Positions 17,713 through 26,784 of a stretch of 64,000 nucleotides of DNA are shown piece by piece (the first letter of the stretch is position 1; each line of letters starts with the position of its first letter). A model generated the notes under the pieces. It was not told where the DNA came from. It worked only from the letters and a program-made list of their open reading frames with translations, and made no database searches. Source of the DNA: Candidatus Fermentibacteraceae bacterium (GTDB taxonomy: Bacteria; Fermentibacterota; Fermentibacteria; Fermentibacterales; JCC-6). The stretch is from assembly GCA_041750285.1 (NCBI GenBank), contig JBGSZS010000011.1, positions 47,202 to 111,201 of the forward strand. The letters run 5' to 3'. Made by a program: the position numbers and the translations under genes.

Positions 17713-18354
17713 ATGTCATCAAAGGGGTCTTTCTTCTTGATTGCTGCTCTGATGGTGTTTGCAGCTTTCGCAAACGCCGGTGAGCTTCCCGCCACCGCCG
17801 GCCCGAGCTGGCAGTACGCACCCGTGGCGCAGGGCACCGACATGGGTTCCAGCATTCCCCTCTACAACGACCGGGTTGATTCAGCCATCGACCAGAACCA
17901 GCCCAGCGGATCAACCTACATCGCGGCGTTCAGCCAGACCGGCCTCGCCCAGTCATTCCAGCAGACTAACACCAACATCAACGGTGCCGGTATCCTTCTC
18001 CAGGCCTCCGTCGGCTCAAGCGCTCCCGTCACCATCCAGCTCTGGACAAACCTTCCGAATGCCGGGGGTTCCATGCTGGCTGAAGCCACCGCTACAGGCA
18101 CTGCGGGGACATGGGTCGACGTATACTGGACCTACGTCACTGTCACCCCCGCGACCACGTACTATCTGGTGTTCACCGGCAACACGAGTCTGGGAATAGC
18201 CGGCGAGATAAACAATCCCTACGCCTTCGGCCAGTGCTACGCAAACGCTGGTTACGGTTCGTACCCGAACTTCGATTACGCCTTCAGGACCTTCTACCAG
18301 TTGGACGTCGCCCTTTCCCGCGACACCTGGGCGGGTGTGAAGAGCTCCTTCTAG
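17713..18354 (+). CDS. secreted hypothetical protein ending in ...LSRDTWAGVKSSF
   Basis: GGAGG-type RBS. Signal peptide ...MVFAAFANAGE. No family recognised. Shares its C-terminal tail with two other proteins in the window. Confidence 0.6.
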   Translation: MSSKGSFFLIAALMVFAAFANAGELPATAGPSWQYAPVAQGTDMGSSIPLYNDRVDSAIDQNQPSGSTYIAAFSQTGLAQSFQQTNTNINGAGILLQASVGSSAPVTIQLWTNLPNAGGSMLAEATATGTAGTWVDVYWTYVTVTPATTYYLVFTGNTSLGIAGEINNPYAFGQCYANAGYGSYPNFDYAFRTFYQLDVALSRDTWAGVKSSF

Positions 18355-18372
18355 CACACCCGTTTTGTAAGG

Positions 18373-18404
18373 GAGGCCCGGGCCGCAAAGCCCGGGCCTC
18401 TTTT
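18373..18404 (+). terminator. rho-independent terminator
   Basis: Perfect 10-bp stem GAGGCCCGGG / CCCGGGCCTC followed by TTTT. Confidence 0.8.
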
Positions 18405-18409
18405 CGATA

Positions 18410-18445
18410 TCAAGAGAGCGGCCCGCTCCTTTCGGAACGGGCCGC
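18410..18445 (-). terminator. hairpin downstream of the subtilase gene
   Basis: GCGGCCCG / CGGGCCGC stem, followed on the minus strand by a moderately T-rich stretch. Confidence 0.45.
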
Positions 18446-18462
18446 ACGCGTCTCTTCAGTTG

Positions 18463-20223
18463 CTAGCGCAGCAGCGTGAGCCTTGAAACCGCGGCGCCCG
18501 AGGGGCCTGAAACCCTCACGAAATAGAGGCCGTTGGCGAGGTTGCCGGGAATGTTCCACATGAAGTTGTGGGAACCCGGGTTGATGTCGCCGTTGTGTAC
18601 CGAGGCCACTGCACGACCCGCGACGTCGTAGACGTTGAGGGATACGGTCTGGGCCGCGGGGACGTAGAGGGAGAAGGAGGCGTGGGAAACGGCAGGGTTG
18701 GGGGAAACGCCGGAGAGGAACATGGTCGATGGGTCGACCGCGGCGCCGCTGGCCTCTTCGTTCCCAACCATCTCAAGGGCGGCCAGGACTGCCTGATAGA
18801 TGTCAACACGGCCTGCGCCGTAGATGTTGTCCTTGCCCGCAGCCCCGAGGTCGACGGATGTCATCTCCAGAAGGGAGTCCATCTGGGCGTTGGTGAGGTT
18901 GGGGTTGGCATCGAGGAGGAGGGCCATGCAGCCGGCGATGTGCGGCGTTGCCATCGAGGTTCCGCTCATCGTGGTGTAGCCCGAGGGGTTGCTGTAGCTG
19001 AGGCTCACAACGTCTACGCCGGGTCCGGAGATGTCGGGGTCGATGAGGCCGATGGCCGGGGCGGTGTCGGGGTAGTCGAACCAGGGGGCGTCGTACTTCC
19101 AGGTGGAGTAACCGACGCTGGAGAAGGAAGCGATGTTGTCATTGCTGTCGGTGGCGCCAACGGTTACAACGGCCGAAAGACCGCCGGTCGTTGTCTGGTC
19201 GGGGTGAAGCCATGGGGGAGGGCAGTCGCCGGGGGTGCGGATGTCGCCCGGGTAGGAGGGATTTCCGCCCTCGTTACCGGCGGCGATGGCATGGTGAACA
19301 CCTGCTGCAAGGCTGTTCTCGACTACTTCCCGCCACTCCTGACGGTTCGGATTCTGGCTCTGGGGCCAGCCGAAGGATGAAGAGACTACGCTTGCGCCAT
19401 GCTCGACGGCGAACTCGTAGGCATCCCAGCACTGCTGTTCGGTGGAGAACGTCATGGCGGTCTTGAGCGCCATGATGGTAGCCTCGGGTGCAACGCCGGT
19501 CTGGGTGCCGGAGGTGCCGTCACCCGCAACCGTGCCGGCCGTGTGGGTGCCGTGACCGCTTGTGTCCATGGGGTCGCCGGTGCCGCTTGCGAAGTTCCAG
19601 CCGTAGTGGTAACCGGCGGCGGTGTCGTGCCACATCTGGTTGTGGATGTCGTTGTGGTTGTAGTTGACACCCGTGTCGACGACGGCGACGATGATGCCTT
19701 CGCCTTCGTAACCGAGGGCCCAGACGTCGGGGGCGTTTATCTTCTCAAGACCCCAGGTGGTGGCGAGCCTGACCTCTTCGGGAGTTGGTTCCCTGACGTC
19801 GACCGGTTCGATGCTGATGTCGGTGTAGGTGACCAGGGAGATGTATTCAACATCACCCCGAAGGGAGAGCTGCCTGATCGCCTGCGGTGTTGCGTGGCAT
19901 CCTATGGCATTGACTATCCAGCTCTGGTGAACCTCTGTGACTGCTCCGCCGGGAAAGTCGGCCATGGCTTCCACTATCGGCTGCTGAGCCTGGGTGGCGA
20001 AGGCCTTGAGCACGCTGACGGCGAGCTCCCGTCTCTGGTCGGGCGTCATGTTGGAGGCAACGCTGTTTATGTAGTCGAGGTCTGCGCGTCCAACCGGCAT
20101 TACAAGCACGGGGATGAGCCGGTCGGGGGCCGACAGGGCCATCTCCAGTTGAAGCTGCTCGCTGATGACACCGGCGAAGCCGGAGGCAGCGATGAGAAGA
20201 ACTAGAAGCAAGGGGGTTTTCAT
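18463..20223 (-). CDS. subtilisin-like serine protease (S8) with a T9SS-type C-terminal sorting domain
   Basis: Catalytic triad motifs VAVVDTGV, HGTHTAGT and SGTSMATPH. The C-terminus reads SPNPA...NVYDVAGRAV...GLYFVRV...LTLLR. ATG at 20223 gives the signal peptide MKTPLLLVLLIAASGFAG. Confidence 0.9.
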   Translation of the reverse strand: MKTPLLLVLLIAASGFAGVISEQLQLEMALSAPDRLIPVLVMPVGRADLDYINSVASNMTPDQRRELAVSVLKAFATQAQQPIVEAMADFPGGAVTEVHQSWIVNAIGCHATPQAIRQLSLRGDVEYISLVTYTDISIEPVDVREPTPEEVRLATTWGLEKINAPDVWALGYEGEGIIVAVVDTGVNYNHNDIHNQMWHDTAAGYHYGWNFASGTGDPMDTSGHGTHTAGTVAGDGTSGTQTGVAPEATIMALKTAMTFSTEQQCWDAYEFAVEHGASVVSSSFGWPQSQNPNRQEWREVVENSLAAGVHHAIAAGNEGGNPSYPGDIRTPGDCPPPWLHPDQTTTGGLSAVVTVGATDSNDNIASFSSVGYSTWKYDAPWFDYPDTAPAIGLIDPDISGPGVDVVSLSYSNPSGYTTMSGTSMATPHIAGCMALLLDANPNLTNAQMDSLLEMTSVDLGAAGKDNIYGAGRVDIYQAVLAALEMVGNEEASGAAVDPSTMFLSGVSPNPAVSHASFSLYVPAAQTVSLNVYDVAGRAVASVHNGDINPGSHNFMWNIPGNLANGLYFVRVSGPSGAAVSRLTLLR

Positions 20224-20318
20224 ACCGTTCCTTTCAGTGTTGGGAAAAGGGAACAACAACATACGAAAAATATAATGAATTCCGCGGGAAAAAAACGGGG
20301 TCGGTGAAGAAGGACATG

Positions 20319-20753
20319 TCAGGGAAGGATCCTGACTGCGGATACGAATCGTCTGACGTAGTTGGACTGGTCTATCGGGGTTACCGTGACCCCGATGTTC
20401 CTGTAGGAAGAGGAATGGACGAAGTTGCCGTTGCCGATGTAAATGCCCACATGACCGGGATTCTGGAAAATGAGAAGGTCGCCGGGAAGGATGCTGTCGC
20501 GGGGGACCTCGGTTCCCGCCGATGCCATGGCACCCGCCGTGCGGGGGAGGGTGACGCCGTTGTCACCGAATACCCTGTACACAAGACCGCTGCAGTCGAA
20601 ACCCGACGAATCGGTTCCGCCCCATACGTAGGGAGTGCCAACGTGTGAGAGGGCATCGGATACGATGGCGTCGGCGAGGTCGACACGAGGAAGCGAATCG
20701 GAGGCTGTTGCAGCAGCGAGAACCATGGCGGCCAATAATGCGCAGAAAGGCAT
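20319..20753 (-). CDS. NlpC/P60 (C40) peptidoglycan peptidase
   Basis: Signal peptide, then FDCSGLVYRVF (catalytic Cys) and GHVGIYIGNGNFVHSS (His). Confidence 0.85.
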   Translation of the reverse strand: MPFCALLAAMVLAAATASDSLPRVDLADAIVSDALSHVGTPYVWGGTDSSGFDCSGLVYRVFGDNGVTLPRTAGAMASAGTEVPRDSILPGDLLIFQNPGHVGIYIGNGNFVHSSSYRNIGVTVTPIDQSNYVRRFVSAVRILP

Positions 20754-20754
20754 G

Positions 20755-21519
20755 TCAGTACTGTCCCATCTTGTTCAGGCGCATGGCCTTTCTCTCAAAG
20801 ACCCTGAAAACCATAAGACCCGCGGCCAGGTAGAACAGGCTGTTGGCCGTTATAAGGATGTACCACCATGCCGGGAAATTGGTTCCATGAACGGTGTGGG
20901 AGTTCACCGTGTGGGCCCCCGCAACGAATGGAAGCAGTGCCCATCCCGTGAACGGGTAGACAGGAAGCAGCATCATCCCGATCAGGGCGAATGACAGGAT
21001 CCCGTAGACCGAGCCGATCCTCTTGTGGATCAGACCGATGCCGCCAAGCATGAACGATATCCCGACGAGCGAGAGAATACTGAGGAGGAGAACGCCATAG
21101 AAGAATGGGAAATCCACCGTCAGCATCCTGCCCGTCGTGAGCATGGAGAGGAAAAGCATTATCGTGACGAAGATGTAGTTGAACAGGATGCCGTTGAGAA
21201 TCCTGAACAGAAAGATCATGTCCGCCCCCAGGGGTGACAGGTAGAGCTGCTCGAGCGTGCCTGTCTGGGATTCATTCATGACCTCCCCGCCCGTGGCCTG
21301 TATTGACATCATCGCCATCAGCCAGAGCACATAGCCCACCACCATTGAATCGAGGGAGTCGCCTGAGACGCTTCCGCCGGCGATGGCCCTCACCCCCCAG
21401 AACATTCCGAGGAATACAAGGTACATCACCAGCACCAGGGCGCCTGTGTTGAAGAAATATCTTTTCAGACCCCACCCCATGAGCCTCAGCTCGGCAACGG
21501 CAAGGGTCAGCATCCGCAT
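20755..21519 (-). CDS. ABC-2 type transporter permease
   Basis: Six-TM protein. ATG at 21519 forms an ATGA overlap with the ATPase stop. The upstream part of the 304-aa ORF is not hydrophobic and was discarded. Confidence 0.7.
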   Translation of the reverse strand: MRMLTLAVAELRLMGWGLKRYFFNTGALVLVMYLVFLGMFWGVRAIAGGSVSGDSLDSMVVGYVLWLMAMMSIQATGGEVMNESQTGTLEQLYLSPLGADMIFLFRILNGILFNYIFVTIMLFLSMLTTGRMLTVDFPFFYGVLLLSILSLVGISFMLGGIGLIHKRIGSVYGILSFALIGMMLLPVYPFTGWALLPFVAGAHTVNSHTVHGTNFPAWWYILITANSLFYLAAGLMVFRVFERKAMRLNKMGQY

Positions 21520-22466
21520 CAGGGCTCCCTCCGGATCATCTGCAGAAAGATGTCCTCGAGATCGTTCCCGCTGGTGCTGAAATCCTTCACGACCGATCCG
21601 CCCCCGCGAAGGATATCCATCAGATCCATGATGCTGCCGGGCTGGTGCAGCCTTATCCTCAGCCTGCACGAGCCGTCATCGCATACTGTCTGACACGGTC
21701 CCAGAGCTTCGGCAGCCTCGGTCTGCGCCTGTGTCAGGGGCGCCTCAAGGACAACCTCGACGGTTTTCTCAGAGAATCGAGCCTTCAGGCTCTGAAGGGT
21801 TTCATCGGAAATGATCCGGCCCGATCTGATGATAAGCACCCTGTCGCACAGGGATTCGATGAAGCCCATGTCGTGCGAGGTCACCAGGATGGTCTTGCCG
21901 TGCTCCCCGACAAGCGATCTGATCCAGTTGCGCATGGAGAGGGCGATCTCAACGTCGAGCCCCATCGTCGGTTCGTCGAGGAACAGGACTTCGGGATCGT
22001 GCACGAAGGCGCATGCCATTGCGACCTTTTGTTTCATTCCGCTGGAGAACTGCCTCACCTCCTTGTTGCGAACTTCCCAGAGCTCGAGCTTCCTGAGGAG
22101 GTGTTCGATCATGGGGGTCGCCCGCCTGGCGGAAATTCCCCTGATCCCGGCGAAGTACAGGAGGTTCTCGCGGGGGGAGAGGTACCAGTAGATGTTCCTT
22201 GCTCCCTCGAGCACTGCGCCGGCACTTTCGAGAACGCGCTTCCTGTTTTTGGCGACGGAAAGGCCGTTCACGAGTATCTCGCCGCTGTCATGGCTTACGA
22301 GGCCGAGGATGGATTTGAGGGTTGTTGTCTTTCCCGAGCCGTTAGGGCCCAGGATTCCCAGTATCTCACCCTTTCGGGCCTGAAATGAGAGGCCGTCGAC
22401 GGCTATGGTCCTGCCGTAGGTCTTCCTGAGGTTTTCGACATGAATCAGAACGCCGGGGTCGGTCAT
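21519..22466 (-). CDS. ABC transporter ATP-binding protein
   Basis: Walker A GPNGSGKTT, signature FSSGMKQK and Walker B LFLDEP. The start is taken at MTDPGVLIHVENL. Confidence 0.9.
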   Translation of the reverse strand: MTDPGVLIHVENLRKTYGRTIAVDGLSFQARKGEILGILGPNGSGKTTTLKSILGLVSHDSGEILVNGLSVAKNRKRVLESAGAVLEGARNIYWYLSPRENLLYFAGIRGISARRATPMIEHLLRKLELWEVRNKEVRQFSSGMKQKVAMACAFVHDPEVLFLDEPTMGLDVEIALSMRNWIRSLVGEHGKTILVTSHDMGFIESLCDRVLIIRSGRIISDETLQSLKARFSEKTVEVVLEAPLTQAQTEAAEALGPCQTVCDDGSCRLRIRLHQPGSIMDLMDILRGGGSVVKDFSTSGNDLEDIFLQMIRREP

Positions 22467-22521
22467 GACCTGTCCAAATGGAAAAGGGGGGCGGAAACGA
22501 GTTCCGCCCCCCGCAGCAGGA

Positions 22522-23367
22522 TTAGAAGGAGCTCTTGATGTTTGCCCAGGTGGAGGGGGAGAGGGACTGGGGGTCCCAGTCGATGTCGAGAACGTAGAGG
22601 AAGGAGTTCTGGGGGTAGACGTAGAGGTATTCGCCGTCGTAGTCGATACCGCCGTTGACTTCGGCCTCTTCGGTGAAGGTGGCGGACCACACCGGTGTGG
22701 GATTGGGTGAGCCGTCAGGGTTGATGTAGTGGATGAAGATATTGTCTTCGTCGGCAAGGCCGCAGGCAACGAACAGGTAGTCGCCCCAGACCGCGAGGCC
22801 GTAGACGGATGTGTAGGGGATCTCGGTCCAGCCGCTGATGCTTGTTTCTGTTCCGGTGTAGGGGCCCCAGGCGAGGACATCTTCGTTGGGGGAACCGACA
22901 TACACCTGACCCTTGCCGGCACCGATCCCGAAGAGGTTGGTATATCCGGCAGGACCGGCGATGTTGGCCACGTGCGACCCGTTCTCGGCAAAAACGGCGA
23001 ACATGCTGGTGCCGTAATCGGTCATGAACCAGCGGTTGCCGGTGCCGTACTCGCAGTAGGCCTGATCGTCGGGGTCGACGCCTTCGGTGATCTCCCAGGA
23101 ACCTTCGGGGGCGCCGGTGACCATGTCGAACTCGTAGTTCACCAGGTCGCTCCAGTTGAGTATCCAGATGCTGTTGGGAACGTTGTCCTGGATGGCAAGG
23201 CCGTAGGAGGCGCTGAGGCCGCCTATGAGGGTGCTTACGACGGTGTAGCTTCCCCTGTTGTAGCTGGGATTCTCGGAATGGCTCGGGCCTCCCGTTCTGA
23301 CAGAGGCGAACGCGCTGACGGTAAGGCAGACAAGTAACACGGCAAGAATTCTCATGATCCTCTCCAT
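22522..23367 (-). CDS. secreted hypothetical protein ending in ...LSPSTWANIKSSF
   Basis: Signal peptide MRILAVLLVCLTVSAFASV (the start may be 23355). First gene of the ABC-2/NlpC-P60 operon. No family recognised. Confidence 0.6.
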   Translation of the reverse strand: MERIMRILAVLLVCLTVSAFASVRTGGPSHSENPSYNRGSYTVVSTLIGGLSASYGLAIQDNVPNSIWILNWSDLVNYEFDMVTGAPEGSWEITEGVDPDDQAYCEYGTGNRWFMTDYGTSMFAVFAENGSHVANIAGPAGYTNLFGIGAGKGQVYVGSPNEDVLAWGPYTGTETSISGWTEIPYTSVYGLAVWGDYLFVACGLADEDNIFIHYINPDGSPNPTPVWSATFTEEAEVNGGIDYDGEYLYVYPQNSFLYVLDIDWDPQSLSPSTWANIKSSF

Positions 23368-23487
23368 TCATTTCTGAGTGCAGGCTTCAATCTAATATTT
23401 CATTCGGGCTGTTCTGTCAATAAGCTGTCCATCACATCCCGGCCTTCGCTGCGGCTATATTCATCGCAATGACGGGGGAGGTCTTCA

Positions 23488-24081
23488 ATGAAAAGGGCGG
23501 TTGGCATTTTGCTCATCGTTGTCCCTATTGCGTTTGCCTTCAGGGGCGGTTCGGTTCCCGAAGCACGATATGACGGCTCGGCGGGTTCGGTCTGGCTTGA
23601 CCGATTTCTTGCCTGTGATGGGATGTCGTACTCAGCCTTTCTGTCCGAGCTTGAGCTTTTCGAGGCCGAAACGGGCAGGGGCTGGGGCCGGCGGCCTTCC
23701 ACATGGCGATGGGCGCCCCGCATGAGGGAGTGGGAACGCATCGCTCCCGAAATGGAGGGGCTGGCGGATCTTCTTGGAAGGCTTGACCTCGAGTGGTCAC
23801 AGCACGCCTACCTCGATGCCCTGACGGCGTATGTCGACTACTACAGGTTCAGCATGAGGTCAACGTACGGACTGGAAGACAGCCGGACAAGGTTCTTCGA
23901 GAGCTTTGCCGGGGACGGTCCGCTTCAATTGGGCAACCCGCCCGAAGCGGACTGCGAATCCCTTGACCTTGTCGCCCGGGCGGTGGGGGAGATCAGGGCA
24001 ATGCTCAGCCCCGAACAGATGGAGAGCGCTGCAGAGCTTGTCTCCTCGGGATGCCGTTCGTTCAGACCGTATCGGTACTGA
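23488..24081 (+). CDS. hypothetical protein with an N-terminal signal/anchor
   Basis: GGGGGAGG RBS and the MKRAVGILLIVVPIAFAF leader. No family recognised. Confidence 0.45.
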   Translation: MKRAVGILLIVVPIAFAFRGGSVPEARYDGSAGSVWLDRFLACDGMSYSAFLSELELFEAETGRGWGRRPSTWRWAPRMREWERIAPEMEGLADLLGRLDLEWSQHAYLDALTAYVDYYRFSMRSTYGLEDSRTRFFESFAGDGPLQLGNPPEADCESLDLVARAVGEIRAMLSPEQMESAAELVSSGCRSFRPYRY

Positions 24082-24628
24082 GCCTTCCGTAGACCAGGAC
24101 ATTCCGGGGGGAACCGCGAAGCACGAATGATTCACGCAGTTTGCCCTCGAGGGTGAAACCCATCCTTTCGAGAAGCCTCTCCGACCTTGTATTGCCTTCG
24201 ATGACACGCGCCTCAACCCTGTGCAGGTTCATGGTTCCGAAAGCGTAGGTCAGAACTGCGCCGAGGGCCTCGGTCATGTAACCCCTGCAAACAAAGCTTC
24301 TGTCGAGATCGAAGGCCGCTTCCGCAAGCAGATCATGAAAACTGAACTCCTGCAGTGACACGCTTCCCGCGTAATCGCCGGTTGCCTTCTCACGTATCGC
24401 CCAGTTCAGGGAAACACCCCGTTCATGACCGTTGATGTACTCGTCCAGAACGCCCTCGAGACAATCGGGTCCGTCTGCTGGATCGGTCACGAACTCGACC
24501 GTGAGGGGGTCGGAAAGGCAGCGGAAAATGCTTTCGAGATCGGTGCTCCTGAATGCGCCAAGCACCAGCCGGGTTGTTTCCAGAACGGGAAAGCGCCCGG
24601 GCCAGAGAACCTCGGGGTGTGGGTTCAA
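24062..24628 (-). CDS. GNAT family N-acetyltransferase (RimJ/RimL-like)
   Basis: GYMTEAL...AFG...HRVEARV..GNTRSERLLERMGF matches the acetyl-CoA binding core. The TTG start is adjacent to the upstream stop. Confidence 0.8.
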   Translation of the reverse strand: MNPHPEVLWPGRFPVLETTRLVLGAFRSTDLESIFRCLSDPLTVEFVTDPADGPDCLEGVLDEYINGHERGVSLNWAIREKATGDYAGSVSLQEFSFHDLLAEAAFDLDRSFVCRGYMTEALGAVLTYAFGTMNLHRVEARVIEGNTRSERLLERMGFTLEGKLRESFVLRGSPRNVLVYGRLSTDTV

Positions 24629-25123
24629 CTACTCTTTTCCGGGGTGGATCAGCATCGCCTTCCTGAACTCCACCGTGTTCTTCTTCAGTTCCCGGTTCAT
24701 CACGGCGAGGGTCGTGAAGGTCTGGTCGGTGAATTGAAGCCTCTTTACGAGAACCCTCATGAAACCCATCAGGAACCTGGCCGCAAGCTTCGGCTTCTCA
24801 TCCATCAGCTTCTGGAAGCGGTCGAAGCTCATTCGGTGAAGTATGGAATCCTCGTTGGCTATCACCGTGGCGGAACGGGGGGAACCGTCGATGAAGCTCA
24901 TCTCGCCGAACACGTCGCCCTCGGCGAAGATTGCCAGGGGAACGACGTCCTCGTCCCAGCTGTCCGCCGCGGTGGCAGAACCGCTTTTGATGACGAACAG
25001 GTCACGGCTTGCATCGTCCTTGAGAATGATGGGGGAATCCTTGCGGTAAAGCTCGCTGTCGCAGCATGCGAGGAACTCTTCCTTCTCGTCGGCGGTAAGG
25101 TGTTCAAAGAACAGGTTTGGCAT
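24629..25123 (-). CDS. cyclic nucleotide-binding domain protein (stand-alone, 164 aa)
   Basis: FAEGDVFGEMSFIDGSPRSATVIA matches the cNMP phosphate-binding cassette (FGE....R.A). Confidence 0.75.
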   Translation of the reverse strand: MPNLFFEHLTADEKEEFLACCDSELYRKDSPIILKDDASRDLFVIKSGSATAADSWDEDVVPLAIFAEGDVFGEMSFIDGSPRSATVIANEDSILHRMSFDRFQKLMDEKPKLAARFLMGFMRVLVKRLQFTDQTFTTLAVMNRELKKNTVEFRKAMLIHPGKE

Positions 25124-25180
25124 ATTCCTTTTCCTTTCCGGTATGTTTTCACAGAGCCTATTGTAATGGAAAGGATGACC

Positions 25181-26302
25181 ATGGAAAAGAGACTGGTTCC
25201 TCTCCTTCCCCTGGCGCTTCTCGCGCTTGTTTCCTGCGGGGAGCGGCAGGATGGTGACTCCGGAGCACCGGAGGACGGGCGGCAACCCGTGATCGTGGTT
25301 ACCGACACCATTGGCGTCGAGACGGGTGACGAGAGGCTTACCTTCGGTTTCATCACCGGGACCGGGATGACCCCCAATGGTGATGTTGCAGTGCTGGACG
25401 CACAGAAGGCAACCCTTCAGGTCTTCTCTCCCGAAGGTGAAGAGCTGCTTTCGATGGGGGGGTTCGGCCCGGGTCCGGGCGAGTTTCAGTTCCCGATGGC
25501 CATGGCGGTGCTTCAAGACGGGTACGCCGTTTCCGACCTCATGGGGGGCAAGATCGTGTTCTTCGATGAAAACGGCGTTTTCCAGAGGGAACTGACCGGT
25601 TTCTTCCCAACACCTCCAATGAGCATAGTCGCCTCGACACCGGGAGGAGTGGCGGGGGTCTCAATGAAGGTCGAGGCAGGAGGCGACGGCGCTCCCAGTG
25701 CATCGATGATCCTGGCTTCGTGGCGCGACTCGCCTGAACCCTCCATTTTGTTTCATTCGATCCCCGTTCCGATGGATGGCGGAAGGATCATGTCCAGACC
25801 CGAGTTCGAAGTATCGCCAGGTCCCGGCGGTTCGGTCTTTTTTGCCGAAGAATCGGACTCGCTCCTTCTGGTCCTCGGTTTTTCGCCTGAAGGCGAAACG
25901 ATCTTCTCTGTCAGTGAACCCTTCGAGAGGACACCCAAATCCGAAGAGGAGCTTGCGGAGGAGTCCCTCAGCATTTCGCTGCGGATAACCAACGGAGAGT
26001 CCACCCTCGATCGAACACGGAGCAGGGACGAACACCCCTACAGAACCGTTGTGACCGGAATAGGCGTCGATTCACTGGGCAGGGTCTGGCTGGAGATGGG
26101 GAACACCGGCCAGCCTTTCTTCAGGGTCTATTCACCCGATGGCGGCAGCTTTGCCACCGTGGTTCCCGAAAACCCGGAAGGGCTTTCGAGGGCCGACTAC
26201 AGCATCACCCCATACGGCGCCGTCGCCGGTGAGCCCGACCCCCTGGACTGGCCCAAGGTCTATCTTCTTTCCATACCCACAGGAAACGAGGTTGAGCAAT
26301 GA
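25181..26302 (+). CDS. NHL-repeat / 6-bladed beta-propeller lipoprotein
   Basis: The ATG follows GGAAAGGA. Lipobox LALVSC. Repeated G.GPGEF.FP..v....G..V.D segments. The upstream part of the 625-aa ORF is antisense to the cNMP gene. Confidence 0.6.
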   Translation: MEKRLVPLLPLALLALVSCGERQDGDSGAPEDGRQPVIVVTDTIGVETGDERLTFGFITGTGMTPNGDVAVLDAQKATLQVFSPEGEELLSMGGFGPGPGEFQFPMAMAVLQDGYAVSDLMGGKIVFFDENGVFQRELTGFFPTPPMSIVASTPGGVAGVSMKVEAGGDGAPSASMILASWRDSPEPSILFHSIPVPMDGGRIMSRPEFEVSPGPGGSVFFAEESDSLLLVLGFSPEGETIFSVSEPFERTPKSEEELAEESLSISLRITNGESTLDRTRSRDEHPYRTVVTGIGVDSLGRVWLEMGNTGQPFFRVYSPDGGSFATVVPENPEGLSRADYSITPYGAVAGEPDPLDWPKVYLLSIPTGNEVEQ

Positions 26303-26784
26303 TCAGACCAGGAGAGCAAATCGAGCGTTTCGTGCTGAAAACCCATCTGGGAGAGGAATTCGACTCCGAGGCTCACGGTGACAAATGCCTTCTGCTTTCA
26401 TTTCACCCCCTCGCCTGGACATCCGTGTGCGCCGCTCAGATGAAGGGCCTTGAAGACAGCATGTCGTTCTTCGAGTCGCGCGGCGTGCTGCCCGTGGGCA
26501 TAAGCGTGGATGCCCACACCGCAAAGAAGCCATGGGCCGAGCACCTGGGTCTTCAGAATCTCATTCTTCTGTCAGATTTCTGGCCGCATGGCGGCCTTGC
26601 GGAGAGACTCGGTCTCTTCATCCCGGAGAAGGGCATCAGCGGAAGGGCAAACGTGCTGGTGAGCTGCGGTCCCGGGGCAAAGGTGCTCTGGGCCAGGCAG
26701 TACGACATTCCCCAGCTTCCCGACATCGAAGAGGTCAGGGCGGCAGTTGACACCTGCTGCGGAGGGTGTTGTTCTTGCCGGTGA
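26299..26784 (+). CDS. peroxiredoxin (AhpC/TSA-Bcp-like) with a CCGGCCSCR C-terminal tail
   Basis: PLAWTSVC matches PxxxTxxC, the peroxidatic Cys motif. ATGA overlap with the upstream lipoprotein gene. Confidence 0.8.
   Translation: MIRPGEQIERFVLKTHLGEEFDSEAHGDKCLLLSFHPLAWTSVCAAQMKGLEDSMSFFESRGVLPVGISVDAHTAKKPWAEHLGLQNLILLSDFWPHGGLAERLGLFIPEKGISGRANVLVSCGPGAKVLWARQYDIPQLPDIEEVRAAVDTCCGGCCSCR

Noticed and set aside
22467-22991. 175-aa Pro/Ser/Thr-rich N-terminal extension of the ABC ATPase ORF (21519..22991).
   Set aside because: It overlaps the 3' part of gene 22522..23367 in another frame. The ATPase fold begins at MTDPGVLIHVENL (ATG 22466). The composition is not protein-like.
24425-25180. 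Upstream 250 codons of the 625-aa + strand ORF.
   Set aside because: This part is antisense to the well-supported cNMP-binding and GNAT genes. A proper RBS, ATG and lipoprotein signal peptide occur at 25181.
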